A stretch of 63,706 nucleotides of DNA, the filler included, from Neolecta irregularis DAH-3 (Eukaryota), in assembly GCA_001929475.1 (NCBI GenBank). It is 10 parts of 10 records of this genome, joined end to end, with 100 filler letters (N's around TTAATTAATTAA, not from the genome) between each part and the next. Parts side by side here need not be neighbours in the genome. Positions count along the whole stretch, not along the records: positions 9,578 to 12,665 come from LXFE01002535.1; positions 12,766 to 17,286 come from LXFE01000191.1; positions 17,387 to 33,390 come from LXFE01000193.1; 7 more parts are not named here. One strand, given 5' to 3'. The notes below the pieces were generated by a model. It did not search any database. It had not been told where the DNA came from and was given only the letters and a program-made list of their open reading frames with translations. Both the position numbers and the translations under genes were made by a program. The stretch's first letter is position 1, and every line of letters begins with the position of its first letter. Shown in pieces: positions 10,685 through 24,429 of the stretch.

Positions 10685-11455
10685 TCAAGATTGGCATATT
10701 CCGAGTGGTGTAGTAGTCCAGGCTCTAGAAGATTTCCTCCAGCGGTATAGCTGTTTTCCGGGGACTTTTCGGAGACGTGTTTTGAAATGCTTGATGTCTT
10801 GAGCCATTTGCTGCAGACTCCTGCGTTTATGATGTGAAGATGGAGGGCGGATAGGTGGGATAGACATTGGCCGGGTGGATAATACATAGCGGCGGTTAGG
10901 TTCAGGCGGTTTGGTAGAATTCGCCGCAGAATCCACACTGGCACTGATCAGCGACCAGAAATTGTGCCACAGCCAGTCGAGCGCACGCATTGCCAGTGCC
11001 CTCAGCACAGGATTCGGCGGCAGAGCGCGGTGAGTAGCAGCATGGCGAACATTGACAAAAACCAGCGGCAGCCGCATGTTGCGCGCCAGAACGGAGAGCG
11101 AAAGTGCGTGCTGCGACTGCTGGGCGGGATCGAGCAGGCCGTTGACAAATCTAGAAAACATAAACACAGAAAATACCACGGACAAATACCGCACGAGCGC
11201 CATGGAATACGCCAGTTGCACCCGCACCGCACCCGCAGCGTCCGTTTCCGAGTCCACGTCCGCGAGAACAGCCGCGGCGAGTCCTGCAGTTGCGCCGACC
11301 GCAGGCGGCACGCGCCCGCGGATTTCGTACGCTGCGACAGTCGCGACCGCGCGGCGCAGCTCGGCCGGCGAATGCGCGTCGAGCGGATAGAAGGACGCGC
11401 AGAGGGCTGTTAATTCTGCAGGATTCGCCCAGGGAACGATTCGGGGAGTGTGCAT
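10685..11455 (-). CDS. LAS1: Las1 HEPN endoribonuclease (ITS2 processing), one in-frame intron near 11151-11189
   Basis: RIVPW, AYSMALVRFVNGLLD, HEPN motif RHAATH, ALDWLWHNFW. Confidence 0.92.
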   Translation of the reverse strand: MHTPRIVPWANPAELTALCASFYPLDAHSPAELRRAVATVAAYEIRGRVPPAVGATAGLAAAVLADVDSETDAAGAVRVQLAYSMALVRYLSVVFSVFMFSRFVNGLLDPAQQSQHALSLSVLARNMRLPLVFVNVRHAATHRALPPNPVLRALAMRALDWLWHNFWSLISASVDSAANSTKPPEPNRRYVLSTRPMSIPPIRPPSSHHKRRSLQQMAQDIKHFKTRLRKVPGKQLYRWRKSSRAWTTTPLGICQS

Positions 11456-11512
11456 TGGATGGTGGTGAGTTTTCCGTTTAATTTATTCCACCTCGATCTG
11501 AACAGGTCTAAT

Positions 11513-11657
11513 ATCTGCTGACATGTCTGATATTAGATCTGATAACTCCAATATTCCGTCTGATTACGTCTGATTATCTGATCCAATATTCCGTCTGATT
11601 ATCTGATCCAATATTCTGTCTGATTATCTTATCCAATATCCCGTCTTATTCGTCTGA
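11513..11657. repeat. About 25-bp minisatellite (tctgattatctgatccaatattccg) in the LAS1/SNF8 intergenic region
   Basis: 4-5 imperfect tandem copies visible. Confidence 0.85.
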
Positions 11658-11674
11658 CTTTGCCTACTTATTCA

Positions 11675-12543
11675 ATGCACCGCGGCGTCGGTCTCGCAGC
11701 AGCAGAGCGCAAACGGCACATCGCAGTATGCAATTGCAAATCGCCGCTGACCGCCAGTTGCAGTACCAGCAAACTGGTTCTGCCCTCGCGAATTCGCATG
11801 TCCAGCAATTGTCTACCCAGCTCAGCACTTTCCATGCTGCGCTGACCCTGTTTGCCCGAAACCACGCCCGCCAGATCAAAGCAAATCCCGCTTTCCGCGC
11901 CGCCTTTTTCGATATGTGCTCTGCGATAAATGTAGATCCGCTCGCATCCACCTCCATTTCTTCCCGCTCCCTCTGGTCCCAGTTCCACGTCGACGATTTC
12001 TACAGAGAACTCGCGGTCTGCATCGTCGAAACTTGTTACCAGTCCAGAGGCCAAAACGGCGGCCTCATCAAACTAGACAGTCTTGCCGCCATCATCAGCA
12101 AAAGGCATCTCAAAACTGGCGGCCACAAAGTTTCACAGTTCTTCCCCCGTCTCCCTGAGCATAGTATAACGCTCCAGAGACGATATCCTTCGAGCAGTAA
12201 AGACTCTAAAACCTCTAGGCTCGGGATTCGACCTGGTCCAGTTTGGAGATTGTAAATTCATCAGGTCCGTTCCAAAGGAACTAAACCTCGATCAATCAAC
12301 TGCTCTTGAAGCCGCTCAGGTAGTTCTTCTATCTGCGCTGCTAATCCTAGATCATGGGTTTTATCACACAGTCAATGTTGACCGATAATCTCCATTGGGA
12401 TACGTCGCGCGCTGCCGCAGTCCTGGTATTCCCCTCAAACACTCTATTTACATTCAAAGGAAGATCTCCTGAGCGCTGCTTTTGTATGGGTAGATGAACA
12501 GGCTGCACAAGTAGAATACTGGATCCCCTCAACCGTGCTCTAG
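11675..12543 (+). CDS. SNF8: ESCRT-II subunit Snf8/Vps22
   Basis: RGVGLAA, IKANPAFRAAFFDMCSAINVDPLAS, DFYRELAVCIVETC, NGGLI, RSVPKELNLDQS, WVDEQ...YWIP. Confidence 0.93.
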
Positions 12544-13031
12544 TAGAGATCTCGGTTGATGTGGTCACTTTTGTGAACTAAAACTACTCTTTGTTTGACT
12601 TGTTTTATTCTTTTAATAAAAGCCCCTTGTTTAATGCGCCACCCTTTGTTTGATAATTTTTATTCNNNNNNNNNNNNNNNNNNNNNNNNNNNNNNNNNNN
12701 NNNNNNNNNTTAATTAATTAANNNNNNNNNNNNNNNNNNNNNNNNNNNNNNNNNNNNNNNNNNNNACCACCCCTTCCTCTTGCTCCCCTTCCTTTCACCA
12801 CCCCTTCCTCTTGCTCCCCTTCCCTTCACCAGTTTGCTATGGTACAGAGTCTTTCCTTAAGGCTGGATCCTGGTCGGATCCGAGATACGGGTCGGGTATG
12901 ATCCAGATATGAGTCAGATATGACCCGATAGGCAATACAGGCTCAAAAAGGAAATTTCATTCTCTCCCCATCTGTCAATGCCCTGATCTGCTGGAAATAA
13001 AAGAAATCATGTGCGGAGCCCATGTTCAGCG

Positions 13032-13775
13032 ATGGCCAACAAGCGCTTTTCCCTCGGCTTTGCATGGATCCCTTTCACATCGCTCGTCACTTTGCTAGGC
13101 ATGCTCATCACATGTAGTTCCACCCGTCTTCGAAGCTAATCCATAGTGCTGATATACTGGGTCGCCATGGGCCGTCCCAACTATCAGAGGGCGCCCCATA
13201 GCGTTGTCTTCATTTCAGACGTCGGCAGAAAAGTGGAACCCTTATTCATCGCATGTAGCTTCATCATCGGTCCAGGGTTTGCCCTTTCATTTATCGCAGA
13301 CAACTATCTTCGACTCAAGGGCCATCTGGCAGGGGCGGAAGATCGCAGAGAAAGAATATTTGCTGCATTGACCATTACATGCGGCATCATATCTGCTATT
13401 GCCATGATAATGATGTCCTTTGTCGATGATCATCTACGACACTGGTCTCTTGCTTTCATATTCGCGATTACAGTATGGGCGTCAGGAATCTTCTCTGCCC
13501 TTCAGTTCCTATATTTATATCGCCATAATCCACAGTGCACTAGTCTGCTCATTTCTTTTGTTCTAAAAATTGTCTTGATGATCATCAGTCTCTGTCTTGT
13601 TTCAACTGGGCTCATCTTCTCTACAATCGATATGAGTAGAGCTGCCACCGTTGAGTGGTGCGCTTCTCTCATCTTTGCATTTTTCTTGGTTACGTTAATC
13701 TACGATCTCTTACCGGCTCGCAGTTGCGAACTGATATACGTGGAAATTTTAGATAAAGAGAATGAAACGATATGA
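13032..13775 (+). CDS. Frag1/DRAM/Sfk1 family 6-TM membrane protein, copy 1
   Basis: Intron 13114-13146; W..MGRP.Y, VFISDVG, PLFIA, SFVLK, EWC motifs; six hydrophobic segments. Confidence 0.88.
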
Positions 13776-15018
13776 TATATCGTACCAATACGCGTGTGAC
13801 ACACAGGCTGCCAGTCGGGGAGGTTCGAGGGATATGTGGATAACTTTGAGCTTTGTAATTTCGGACATAGTTTGAACGATATGGGGGAGAGTGTTTGTGA
13901 AGTGTATTGAAGATTGAGTGATCAGGTTGGATGGGGTAACGAGAGAATTAGAAGTTTGTATTTTCGCTGCCACAAAAGACTGGCTCCCGGCCCTTGCTAA
14001 TGAAAAGAGATAACCATCCATCCCCCTGTTTCCTGCAGAGAAACGTGAGTTACCTATAAAAAGAAACAAATATTGGAGAGAAACTATATAAAGGAGAAAG
14101 TAGAAAAAGATGACCTTGACGCCTAACACTTATCATATCCCTGATGAAGGTCATATCTGGGATTAGGTCATATTTTTGACTTTGGCGGTGGACAGGTGTT
14201 TGTTGAGGTAAATGTTTGTGTTGTGATTAATTGAGAACGAGAGTTTCGAATGTGTTGAGTTTGAGTAAGGAGTGGGCAAACGAGAGAAAATGGGAGGACA
14301 ATTAAAAGGGGGTTTAGACGGAGGAAAAGGGGGGTTTGAATAGCTAACGGCTTCCAGAGCCAGCTGTTTGTGGAGGGGGAAAGGAGAGTGAGGTTGTGGG
14401 GAGAGGTGCCGTAGTAAAGGTAATTTCTTGAAAAGGTTGTGAAAAATGTGTCTCGTACAACAGGCGCAATAAGAAATAAGGGCAATTAATATATAGAGTA
14501 TATAAGGGCTTAACTAGCATATCTTAACCTAAAGGTCTGTTTAATTTAGGTTAAGGTAAACCTGATCTTATTTGTATGCTACGCTTCACCACTTACAGAG
14601 GAGGTTATAAATGATTCCACTCTATAGAATTTTGCATCTAATGTACAAATATACTATGAGAAATTGAAAGGTCTCATGATTTTCACACATGATTCCAAAT
14701 TTTCTACACGTCATGGAATGTTGAATTCCTATGAAAAACTCCCAATCAAACAAAATTAATCCCAAATAGTAAACTCACGATAAGACCAGACTATCACATA
14801 TGGATATCCGAGTCAAATCAGGATGGCTCTAAGCTATACGCCGTTTTCCCAATGAAGGCTAAATACTGGTCGGATCCGGAGATACGATCGACTAAAGACA
14901 GAGAGGTACTGATACGGGGCTCGACATATTGACTGATCAGGAGGCGTCTCCGTATCCGTCAATACCTTGATCCGCTGGAAATAGAAATAATTCTTGTAGA
15001 ACCCATGCATGTACAACA

Positions 15019-15783
15019 ATGGCCAAGAAGCGCTTTTCCCTCGACTATGCATGGATCCCTTTAACATCGCTCGTTGTTTGGCTAGGGATGCTTACCACAT
15101 GTAGTTCCACTCGTCTTCGAAGCTAATCCATAGTGCTGATATACTGGGTCGCCATGGGTCGTCCCCACTATCAGAGGGCGCTCCACAGTGTCGTCTTCAT
15201 TTCAGACATCGGCATCAAAGTGCAACCCCTGTTCATCGCATGTAGTTTCATCATCGCTCTTGGTTTCGCCTTTTCATTTATCGCCGATAAACATCTTCGA
15301 CGCAAGGGCCATCTGGCAGGGGCGGAAGATCGCCGAGAAAGAATATTTGCTGCACTGACCATTACATGCGGCATCATTTCAGCTTTCGCATTGGTAATGC
15401 TGTCCTTTTACGATATTAGGCGAAAACAAACTATTCACTTTAATTTTGTTATGATATTCGTGTTTGGAGTAGGGGCATCAGGAATCTTCTCCGCTCTCCA
15501 GTTCCGATATTTATACCACCACAATCCACAGTGCACGAATCTGTTCATTTCTTTTGTTCTAAAAGTGGCATTGATGATCGTCGGTCTTTTTCTCTTTTTC
15601 ATTGGGTTGATCTTCTCGCAGAACGACATGAATGGAACTGCCATCATTGAGTGGTGCATTTCTCTCATCTTTTCATTTTTCTTGGTAACTCTGATCTACG
15701 ATCTCTTACCTGCTCGTACTCAGGAAGTGATATACAGCAAGACGTTGAACCAGGAGAAGCTAATAGAAGATTTTAGTCCATAG
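15019..15783 (+). CDS. Frag1/DRAM/Sfk1 family 6-TM membrane protein, copy 2
   Basis: Close paralog of copy 1 with a near-identical first intron. Confidence 0.88.
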
Positions 15784-16756
15784 AAACGTTGGACGAAGAG
15801 AAGTTAATAAACTCTAATGAATTTCTGCATCTAATGTACAATTATGGCTATTAGAAATTGAGAGGTCTCTTATAATTTTCACACAAGATTCCAAATTATC
15901 CAAGTCCTCAATGTTGATTCGACGAAAAATTACCAAAAAGACAAAATTAATCCCAAATAGTAAACTCGAGGTAAAACTTCCCGTCCTATTGATACCGAAG
16001 CCTAGTGAGGATAGAGGTGACTGAAAAAAATCAGGTGCCCAACTGTTGATCCACAACGTCAAACAAACCACCCGCCATCAATGACTCACAGGAAAACCAA
16101 ACCATCTTGACAATCACCGCACCATACCAATCCTATAGTTCATAGTGCTGTTGCGGTAACAAAGATAAGATCTATCTAGTGCCTGCAGATTTCTGTATAA
16201 TATCCAAATAGAATTAGCTTCTCGCGAATCACTCTAGTCAGGCATGTCAACCTAAAATCTGTAGACATAGGTGTATTCAAGAACTGACTAGGTATCACGG
16301 TACATTAAATATAAGAAAACTTATAAAATGATTCCCGTTCGCTCCGATTCGATCAGGTCGAATTTCTCCACTCTGTCCCAGAAAGGTGTCAGCATGCAAA
16401 CTTGGTTTTGATTCTGGGTGAGGCTTCGATTGGGTACTCTAGCGTAGTTACTTAGAAGGGAAGTAACTGCGTATACTAGCAGGCTAGGTGCTATTTATCA
16501 GCACATATGCGCACTACCGCCATTTGCCTGTTTGCCTCCCTGTGACCTTCCCGGTAGCAAATCCTATGACTATCCCGAATGGGCGAGGCCATGACGCTGG
16601 CGGCTTCTCTTGACAGTTCCTTTAGCTACCCCCAAAAGTTGGGTGGTGACTGGCGACCTGGGGATTCGCGTTAGTATGGGAAAACTCCGAGTCCCCCACA
16701 CCCTCCTGGCCCGCGAAAATTCGTAGTTCCATTTCGCTGAAAGGTAACTAAATTTT

Positions 16757-16910
16757 TTAAAACGATTGGATTGATTCTTGCGCGTTCTTCATGTGATCTG
16801 GATCATCGGGTTCCCAAGATGTTTCTTCAATTGGAAACCCTTTCCACTGCACAAGGTAAAAGTCTACCTTCCCGGACCTGATGATCACAGACTTCTTCGA
16901 CTTCACATTC
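16757..16910 (-). mobile_element. Chromodomain relic, probably from a chromovirus (Ty3/gypsy) integrase
   Basis: FYLVQWKGFPIEETSWEP...HMKNAQESIQSF, isolated in non-coding DNA. Confidence 0.7.
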
Positions 16911-17990
16911 GGGATACCCATCTTCAAAATGAATCGGCGGTGGATACTATGGCGGACGGTTTGGGAATAACTTGGTGTCATTGCCGTAAAACTTCTTTAG
17001 AAGCGACGTATGAAATATAAATTTCTCATACTAGCTGGAAGTTTTAGTTCGTAATTTCCACTAGTGCTATCTATACTCTATTATTTAATGCCGTAAATGT
17101 CAATTAAGCCACTTGCCGTGTTGGTAAGAATACGGTCCCCGCGTATGGTGGGCCATTTTGAGACAGATGTTCCGTTAGGGTCTAATTTTAGTTCACGCAG
17201 TGACATCACATTTAAGACCATTTTATGAAGGAAAATCAGAAACAAGATTGTATCCAGCATCTGTTAAGAATAGATTTCTAAACTCANNNNNNNNNNNNNN
17301 NNNNNNNNNNNNNNNNNNNNNNNNNNNNNNTTAATTAATTAANNNNNNNNNNNNNNNNNNNNNNNNNNNNNNNNNNNNNNNNNNNNTGTGGAGCGCACCA
17401 AACGCGAGCCTAAAATTACAATTTGTTAAAAGCCACATTTTACGAAATTTAGTGCGCGCCAAACGCAGCCTAAAATACCTGGAAATGTAATATATGTAAT
17501 TAATTATAAATATCATAGTGTTCCGGAAAGGGTAAATTATATTGGAGGATGGTACTGAAATTCAAAGTCATTATTCGAAGAAGCACTAGCTAGACCCATG
17601 GCAAATATCGCAATATAGACGTTTGCATGTCACGTTTGCATCACGACAATTCATTTTTTCCTATCAGACTGCCGAAATGAAGGAGATGGGATCACAAGCT
17701 TGAAACTCTGTCTCCGTGGATATAGGAACATTTATTTATTAAATCACTCCGCCTTTGAAATGACACAGCAGACAAAGATGACAAAGAAAATAACAAAGAA
17801 TAGATATTTTATTATACAAAGTATTGTCACTTCACCATCGCGATACAATAATTGTAAATAGGTAATCTATATAAGGGATACAGGTGAACTAATGTAACGG
17901 TTGAGAAAAGAACAAGATTATCTTTCCAACTGACGAAATCTGAGAGATAAGAAAGGCTCCTTTCAGGAAGGTATACACAACAACCAGTAG

Positions 17991-19652
17991 CTAATTCCTT
18001 GTAAAGAACTGTAATCGGCACCAGTCGTCTGGATATGTGGTGCAAAAGATCTTGATATCATCGCTGACTGCAGTTCTTTCGTGTTTCAAACTCATCAACA
18101 AGGTAGCCTTTCCAGCGCAAACCATAAGGTGCATAATGGCGTATTGTTGCCCAAGGCAGTAATGAGGACCTGTTCCAAAGACAAGAAAATTTTTGGGATG
18201 GTTTTCCGCGGTTCCGTTGGGTCCCCAGCGTTCCGGATTGAATGTATTGGGTTCAGGGTATGCGGTTGCGTCATGAAGGGAGTGCCAAAACGTTGGAATG
18301 ACCATTGTGCCTAAAATTTAGGACCGAATGAGCTAGGACAAATGCCTTTTGATACAATGTAGTCGGAAGTAACAGGAAATGCTTTTTTAGCTTTGTAGGG
18401 CACTAGGAGTTTAGCACGGTAAGAGGTGCAACTTACCCATGAGTACTGGGGGCCGCAAACGAAGGACTTCCTTCACCATCCATCTCGTATAATTCATCTT
18501 TTCAACCATGTCCATATCAACAGGTTTTGAAAGATCTCCATCTCGAACAGCAATCTGCTCTTGTCGAATTTTCTCAAAGACATCAGGACGATCGGCCAGG
18601 TACTGAAACATCCAAGTCATCGCAGAAGAAGTAGCATCCTGACTGGCGAACAAGAAACTCAAAAATGTCCCAGCAATTTCTTCATCCGAAAAATCACGAA
18701 TGCTAGGACCCTCTTGCGTCCCCTTCTGAGAAGCGATCATATCTTTGATCCATCGATCCATCATACAAGATGGCTCTTCGCCCTTGCCCATTTTTGATCG
18801 AGATAATTGGGCGGCTTGTTCGAATCGTTTGCAAACCTCTTTTCGAGCTTGGATTGCATACCAAACTTTTGAATACGGCAACACGATCGGGATGTTGACC
18901 AACTCTAGCGCAACTGTAATTTTCCAATAATTTTCTGAAATACGATCGATGGCTTCATCAGTGATGTAGCTTCCACAAAAGGTTCGCAGACTCGTTGCAA
19001 CATTGACATCTCTGAAATGGGTAGCGAAAGGTAGCGCTCCATCCTTGGAGATTTCAAGCCACTTCTTGAAGGCCTTATCATAAACCTGCTCTTGTTGATG
19101 GAGGTAAATTCCAAGAGCTTTCCGAGTGAACAACCCGTTTAATCCTTTGCGATAATCGACATGAGCCTTCCCGTCGAGAAAGACCCAGTTGGTAGGCTTT
19201 AAAATCTTTCGACCAGCGTCAACGACGCAGGGCTCAACAAAATGAGGGGAGTTTAGGATTTTGCGAGATAACTCGTTCGTTGACGCGAGTACAACAAACC
19301 TGCATCGGGTTATCACGCGTAAAGGATGGAGGTGATACTTGTGGAAAACGGATACACAACTCAGCGGGCCTGATTCCCATTTGGAGAGGTAACCGTTGAA
19401 TGTCGGGTTCAGCGAATCGAAGAAGGCGCCGATCAACGGGAAAGTCAATCTAGGACCTGGCAGGTTCTGCTTCTTTATTTGATAGCGGACTTTGTGTCAG
19501 CCAGGCTCGGGGGTAGAGATCTTACCCTGGTCCCAGACCAACACAACAAGCAATATCGTCAGTATGACGGTCCATGGATTGAGGTCGGCGGTGAACCGCC
19601 ATAGAAATGGGTGCCAGGGTGAGCTGGCAGTATACTGAGTAGCATTGGCCAT
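17991..19652 (-). CDS. ERG5: Cytochrome P450 CYP61, sterol C-22 desaturase
   Basis: [55 protein letters not shown], heme motif [10 protein letters not shown]. Confidence 0.96.
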
Positions 19653-21559
19653 GCCTTGAGCAATACTTGTGAGAACTGGAGCAGGGAGAAAAAACCCAGG
19701 CGGCAACTTAATCGTGCAGATGCAGAAACCCCTCATTCACCTGTTCGTAACTGGCGTGCATGGCGGCGAAAACCCGGCAAATCCGCGTGCAATCTTCGAC
19801 GGGAAGCGCCTTTCCGGGAATCCCGCGCCGCGGAACCCGACCCTGATCATCGCCTGATCTTGGTGTTTTGGCTTTGATCGTGGATTAAAAGCAACCAAAG
19901 CATAGAAATATCGAGCGCAGCAAGGCAGAAATAGCCAGACGCGCCACTGGACGAGCAATCACGCCAGATACCATTAAGGGCTGGCATGAATATTCTCCCG
20001 CTGCTATGATGCAATGAATCCACGAAGAATGCACACATTCCTTAGCGCTCTGATTAGCAGACACGGTGAGTGTGTTCCTTGTGTGACGGGATCATTGATT
20101 GCCGGTTGCCCAGCACATCAAACATTTGCCGAATTGAAGCTGGATAGTCTACATTGTCCTCGATTTTGATTATCTGCTGGGCAAAGGAAGAACGCATTTT
20201 TAGCATTCGTGGAAGGTACTCGAAAGCAGGAAAGGCAATTCGGAGGTTCTTCCTTTCTTGGTTGCTTAATGACTACACAATTTCGTCAAGGACAATGATC
20301 AAACTTTGCAGAACCACCACTTGTAACAATTATCAAAGTCATGCTATATTTAGATGGTTTCCCTCTGCTCAAATGTAGCCGAGAATGCCACTCTTAATAT
20401 GCCATGTTATCCCATCCATCAATGTAATACTGCTTCTTGCAGTACCTAAATACCCCATTTTTCTTTTGTCTGACTTGCGTTAATAAGGATTGCGCCATTA
20501 CAAGGCCGCTGAAGCCTAATACACTGTATTAAATGATGATTAATTTTGACAGAAGGGGCTTCAGCCACCCTTAACTGTTGTCGAGGCTTATCGCCTCCAT
20601 TGAGGCCCGTAAAACTTAATGAAATCCAGTCACAAGAATTCAGTTCTAGCTAAAAGGAAAATTCATGTCCAGAAGACATTCGAAATACTAGGATTTCGGA
20701 AGTGACCCTTCAACGCGATCCTTATCTAGATTAAAGAATATACCTTGGATCCATATTGGCCATGCTTTGCCGATTTAATAGACCTTTCATCCACATCTGA
20801 TATAAAATTTCCTTCTTTCTCGAAAAAAGCCACAAAGTAGTTATATTATGAAAAAGCAAACAGATGCTAATATGTACAAACAAGGTATTGATTCATTTTA
20901 CGTGGATCAGATTAAGTGGCCACAGATATAGACGATGAGAATAGTATTTTTGCGTTCGCCAGCCACCATGATATTTGGGTCAAACCTGGATATAACGAAT
21001 GTGGCTTGGCAGGGTTTCCAGCTTGAAGCACGCAGGGTGTAGCTAGTTTTAGGCGTTTATCGCATTAGGCGCCACACAAATTCCAACTTAATTTTATGAT
21101 ATTCGTCGAAATATCTCGAGAAAGAAATATGGATCCAATACTGATCTGGTAAGTGTGCATCCGCAGCCACCATTTACATCCAAATATAACAACATTACAT
21201 AGTTTTGGCAAATTTGAATTTGTCATTGTGTTCGATGGGTCCAGTGGTGTGTAGAATCAGCTGATACTGAATCCAGTGGTAGGATGGCTGGTGGGAGATT
21301 ACACTGGAAGAGAGAATGTTGCTGGAAACGAGTTTGTATGCTGCTGCTGCTGAAAGTGACAATCATGCAGTAAAATGCCTGTTGCAAATTATTTTGTATC
21401 ATTTCTTTGCAACCCCTCACAGGTTTAGTAGCATGTTGAATGGTTTTACTAGTTGTATCTTAGGTTAATGTACCCACTTATCACTGACTCTAGCAAATCA
21501 GAAGGAGGTGCGAGGTTGAGACAAACCCGACTTCACACCGTCACACGAGTCCATGAGCT

Positions 21560-21660
21560 GGGCCGGACCTCCAGAAAGCCCATGGGCTTTGGCCCATCCG
21601 CAACATTGCTGAGGAGCTAGCTTACAATGGGCCAGGCTTTGGCCCATCTGCAACACTGGT
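21560..21660. repeat. Dispersed repeat end (gggctttggcccatc..caacactg), possibly a hAT-like terminus; second copy about 50530-50582
   Basis: aaagccca(t/a)gggctttgg(c/t)ccatcc(g/c)caaca(t/c)tgc shared by both loci; the reverse complement starts CAGTGTTG. Confidence 0.5.
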
Positions 21661-21953
21661 TTATGGCCAAGCCTGCCTTCCATAGAACTTCTCCTTGGAC
21701 CTCATTTGTTGAGTGGGTGAGTATAACCCCCTCCCCCAAATCTATAGACACTATAGCAATAACCATTTACTCAAGGAGGGTATTCTTTTCCAGGAAACTT
21801 TTGTTGGAAAATGAGTGCAATAATATTTTATTAGTGCCCTTGTGGATCAATTGGTCAAATATTTAAAAGACAAGACATAAAAACATGAATTAATAGAACT
21901 TAAGTAAGAACTTAAGTATTCTTTTGCAAACAAACGGTTAAGTTACCCAAATT

Positions 21954-24130
21954 TCAAAGTGTAGTAGGAGATTCAAAAAGTGTTGACAAGGTATTTTCAA
22001 GCTGAGTCTTGTCGTATTTAATATACTAAAACATCAGAACAATTAGAGATTTCGCAACACTTTGGTCAAATTCTTTGTGAAATCGCTGGCTTGATATTTG
22101 TCATAGAATCGCAAATATAAGGGAACCACCATCTTCTTGACATCCGCAATAAGACTTGCACGAAGGCTGTCATCACTGATTACAAAAGCCCGATGAGATT
22201 TCATATTTTCCTCTAATTCCATGTTAAAATTCTGTATGGTGAGTTCGATCATCTGTCAGGGGTTTACCCTGAATTTATCCTTGATAGCTTCTTTCTCTTT
22301 GGTACCCATTGAATTTCGCACAGACCCGCCCAGGCCTCCCTTGACATATGTAACATCCATCAGATGCTCCGCACATGTTTTCCAGGAATCAAGGTAAAGA
22401 TTTGTGCTTTTCTTCTTCGCCACTTCCAGTTTTTGAAGTCCCTCGCCGAAAATCTTGGGGTCGAGCTCTGATATTCGAGTTATCATGTAATTTAAATTAT
22501 TCATACAAAAGATGCCAATAACAGATGGCTTTTTCGAACTCGCTTTGGCCTTTCCGTCCAATTGGCATGCTGCTAATTCACAGATGTCAGATATGAAATG
22601 CGCAAAGATAGCTGAAGCGTTTGCCCCAACATCAAATTTTGAAGAGGATTGGATCCCAGCCGATGTCCGATGCCATCCTCCGTCACCGAGTGAGATAAGC
22701 AGTGAACTAATGGCGTCTGGATAATCGGCGAGTCGACGAAGACGGGCGGTACACTAACATTCACAACATGGCCAGATGGCAGAATAACATACCTCTGTAG
22801 TAAGATCACATATCCCGCCGTCGGCGGGTAAGTTGACCATTGAAGCGACTCGTTTCTGGATGGCATCCAGTGTTCCAGAAAAAGTTGCAAGCGCTGTATG
22901 TCGAATACCCTTCAATGCTTCATCGAGTTCACTACCACCTGTATTTCTAATAATATCTCCACAAGGGCCATTGAGTAATGTGCCAACCTCGCCAACAACA
23001 TCGTATGCAAGAAATGAGTCAGTAAGCGGATGAGCAATTACGTATTGGTTCAGAATGGTCACAGTTTTGGCGAGCTCTACAACTGAAGGTCTCAAAGCGA
23101 CTTTCAATGGTTCATTGCGCTTCTCACCAAAGAAGTTAGATGCTATAGAAAGCTCAATCTTGAATGTTGGATAGAACGTTCAGATGTAACACATACCTTA
23201 ACCATTGCTGCAAACGCTTTCATATACATATAAATGCCATTGGCGCCCTTGTCATAGAAAGTATTACCAACTCGTTGAGCAGTGTTTACTGATGCTTGTG
23301 CGAGTGAGGTTAGCGACTGTTGAAGATATGCGCCCCGTTTGTCTGAGTAAATCTTGAGAATATTACTTGTAACTGGGACTTGATCGATCTCAAACTTGAA
23401 ATTACTGAGGAATTGCGAAAGAAGTCGTAGATCACCGATAGATTGGGCAGGTATCGTGGGAAATTCATTTTCTATGTTTCAGAATTCTTCTTCACACTTG
23501 AAAATATGCCTTTTGTGATATAGGCAAGCGGCTCAATACTAAACGAAACATCCATCAATAATACTGCGTAGGTCTCATCAAGAGTGGTCAATCCCTGTCT
23601 TAAAAGTTGTTGCTATTCGATCAGGAATAGACTGAAATCGCCATACAATGCTTGCAATCGCTCTGCTCGAACTTCGAAAGTTTGTTTTTTGAAGCTGCAC
23701 CAAAGCATAATGTAGCCGTTCAATCGAAGCCACAAATCCTTTAATATCGCCTTGAGTCCTGACATTCAGAGCAGAAATTCGACGTCCACTAACCCTCTTC
23801 TGAGTATCTCCTCCTCTACAGGGATGATATTAAAGTATTGCCTTGTCCGATCCACACAAGCAATGGTAGCATCGACATCTGTAGCATTAGACTCAGCTCT
23901 ATCGAAAACATGCTCTCTGAGACTGTGGATAAACTTTGCGTCGTCCGATAAATAGGCCGTATTGATTCCTCCAGTTTCCCCAATCTCGTATCAAACACCG
24001 TCAACATTGAACTCATTCGTTCCGTCAGAGAATTCGTATTTTTCAAATTTTCCATCAAAACCTCTAGCTCGGCTTTCTCCTCCTCTATATTAAATGCTAC
24101 CACTGCTTTAGATGGTCGCAGCATCGACAT
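21954..24130 (-). CDS. EXO70: Exocyst subunit Exo70, multi-exon
   Basis: N-terminal coiled coil (RLGKLEESIRPIY), LPADGGICDLT, IFCMNN, KEKEAIKDKF, FTKN-TKYIKYDK. Confidence 0.92.
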
Positions 24131-24429
24131 TGTTGTTGTGGGGTTGAATCGTGACGGCGGGGTTTACTAAGCTCAGTGGCGATGAAGCCTGTCGCGTAAA
24201 AACGGTACACATAGTATTTTCTGGTTATGGTTTTTCTATTATTATACGCTCCCTTGGTTTACTACTATGACGTGGCTCATACTTGTAAAACTATAAGTAG
24301 TCATGTAGCTGCCTTTTTGTAAGGCGTTGGATAATGCTCTATCTATCTACTCAGAATTGATGAAACGATTTCGCTTCATCTCCTCTAAGAATTGATTCTG
24401 ATATATATCAGAATCCCCCTGAAAAACTC

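Noticed and set aside
19955-19970. SRE-like ATCACGCCAG upstream of ERG5, and CACGTG boxes near 88, 30403 and 57551
   Set aside because: Short motifs expected by chance; no conservation data available.
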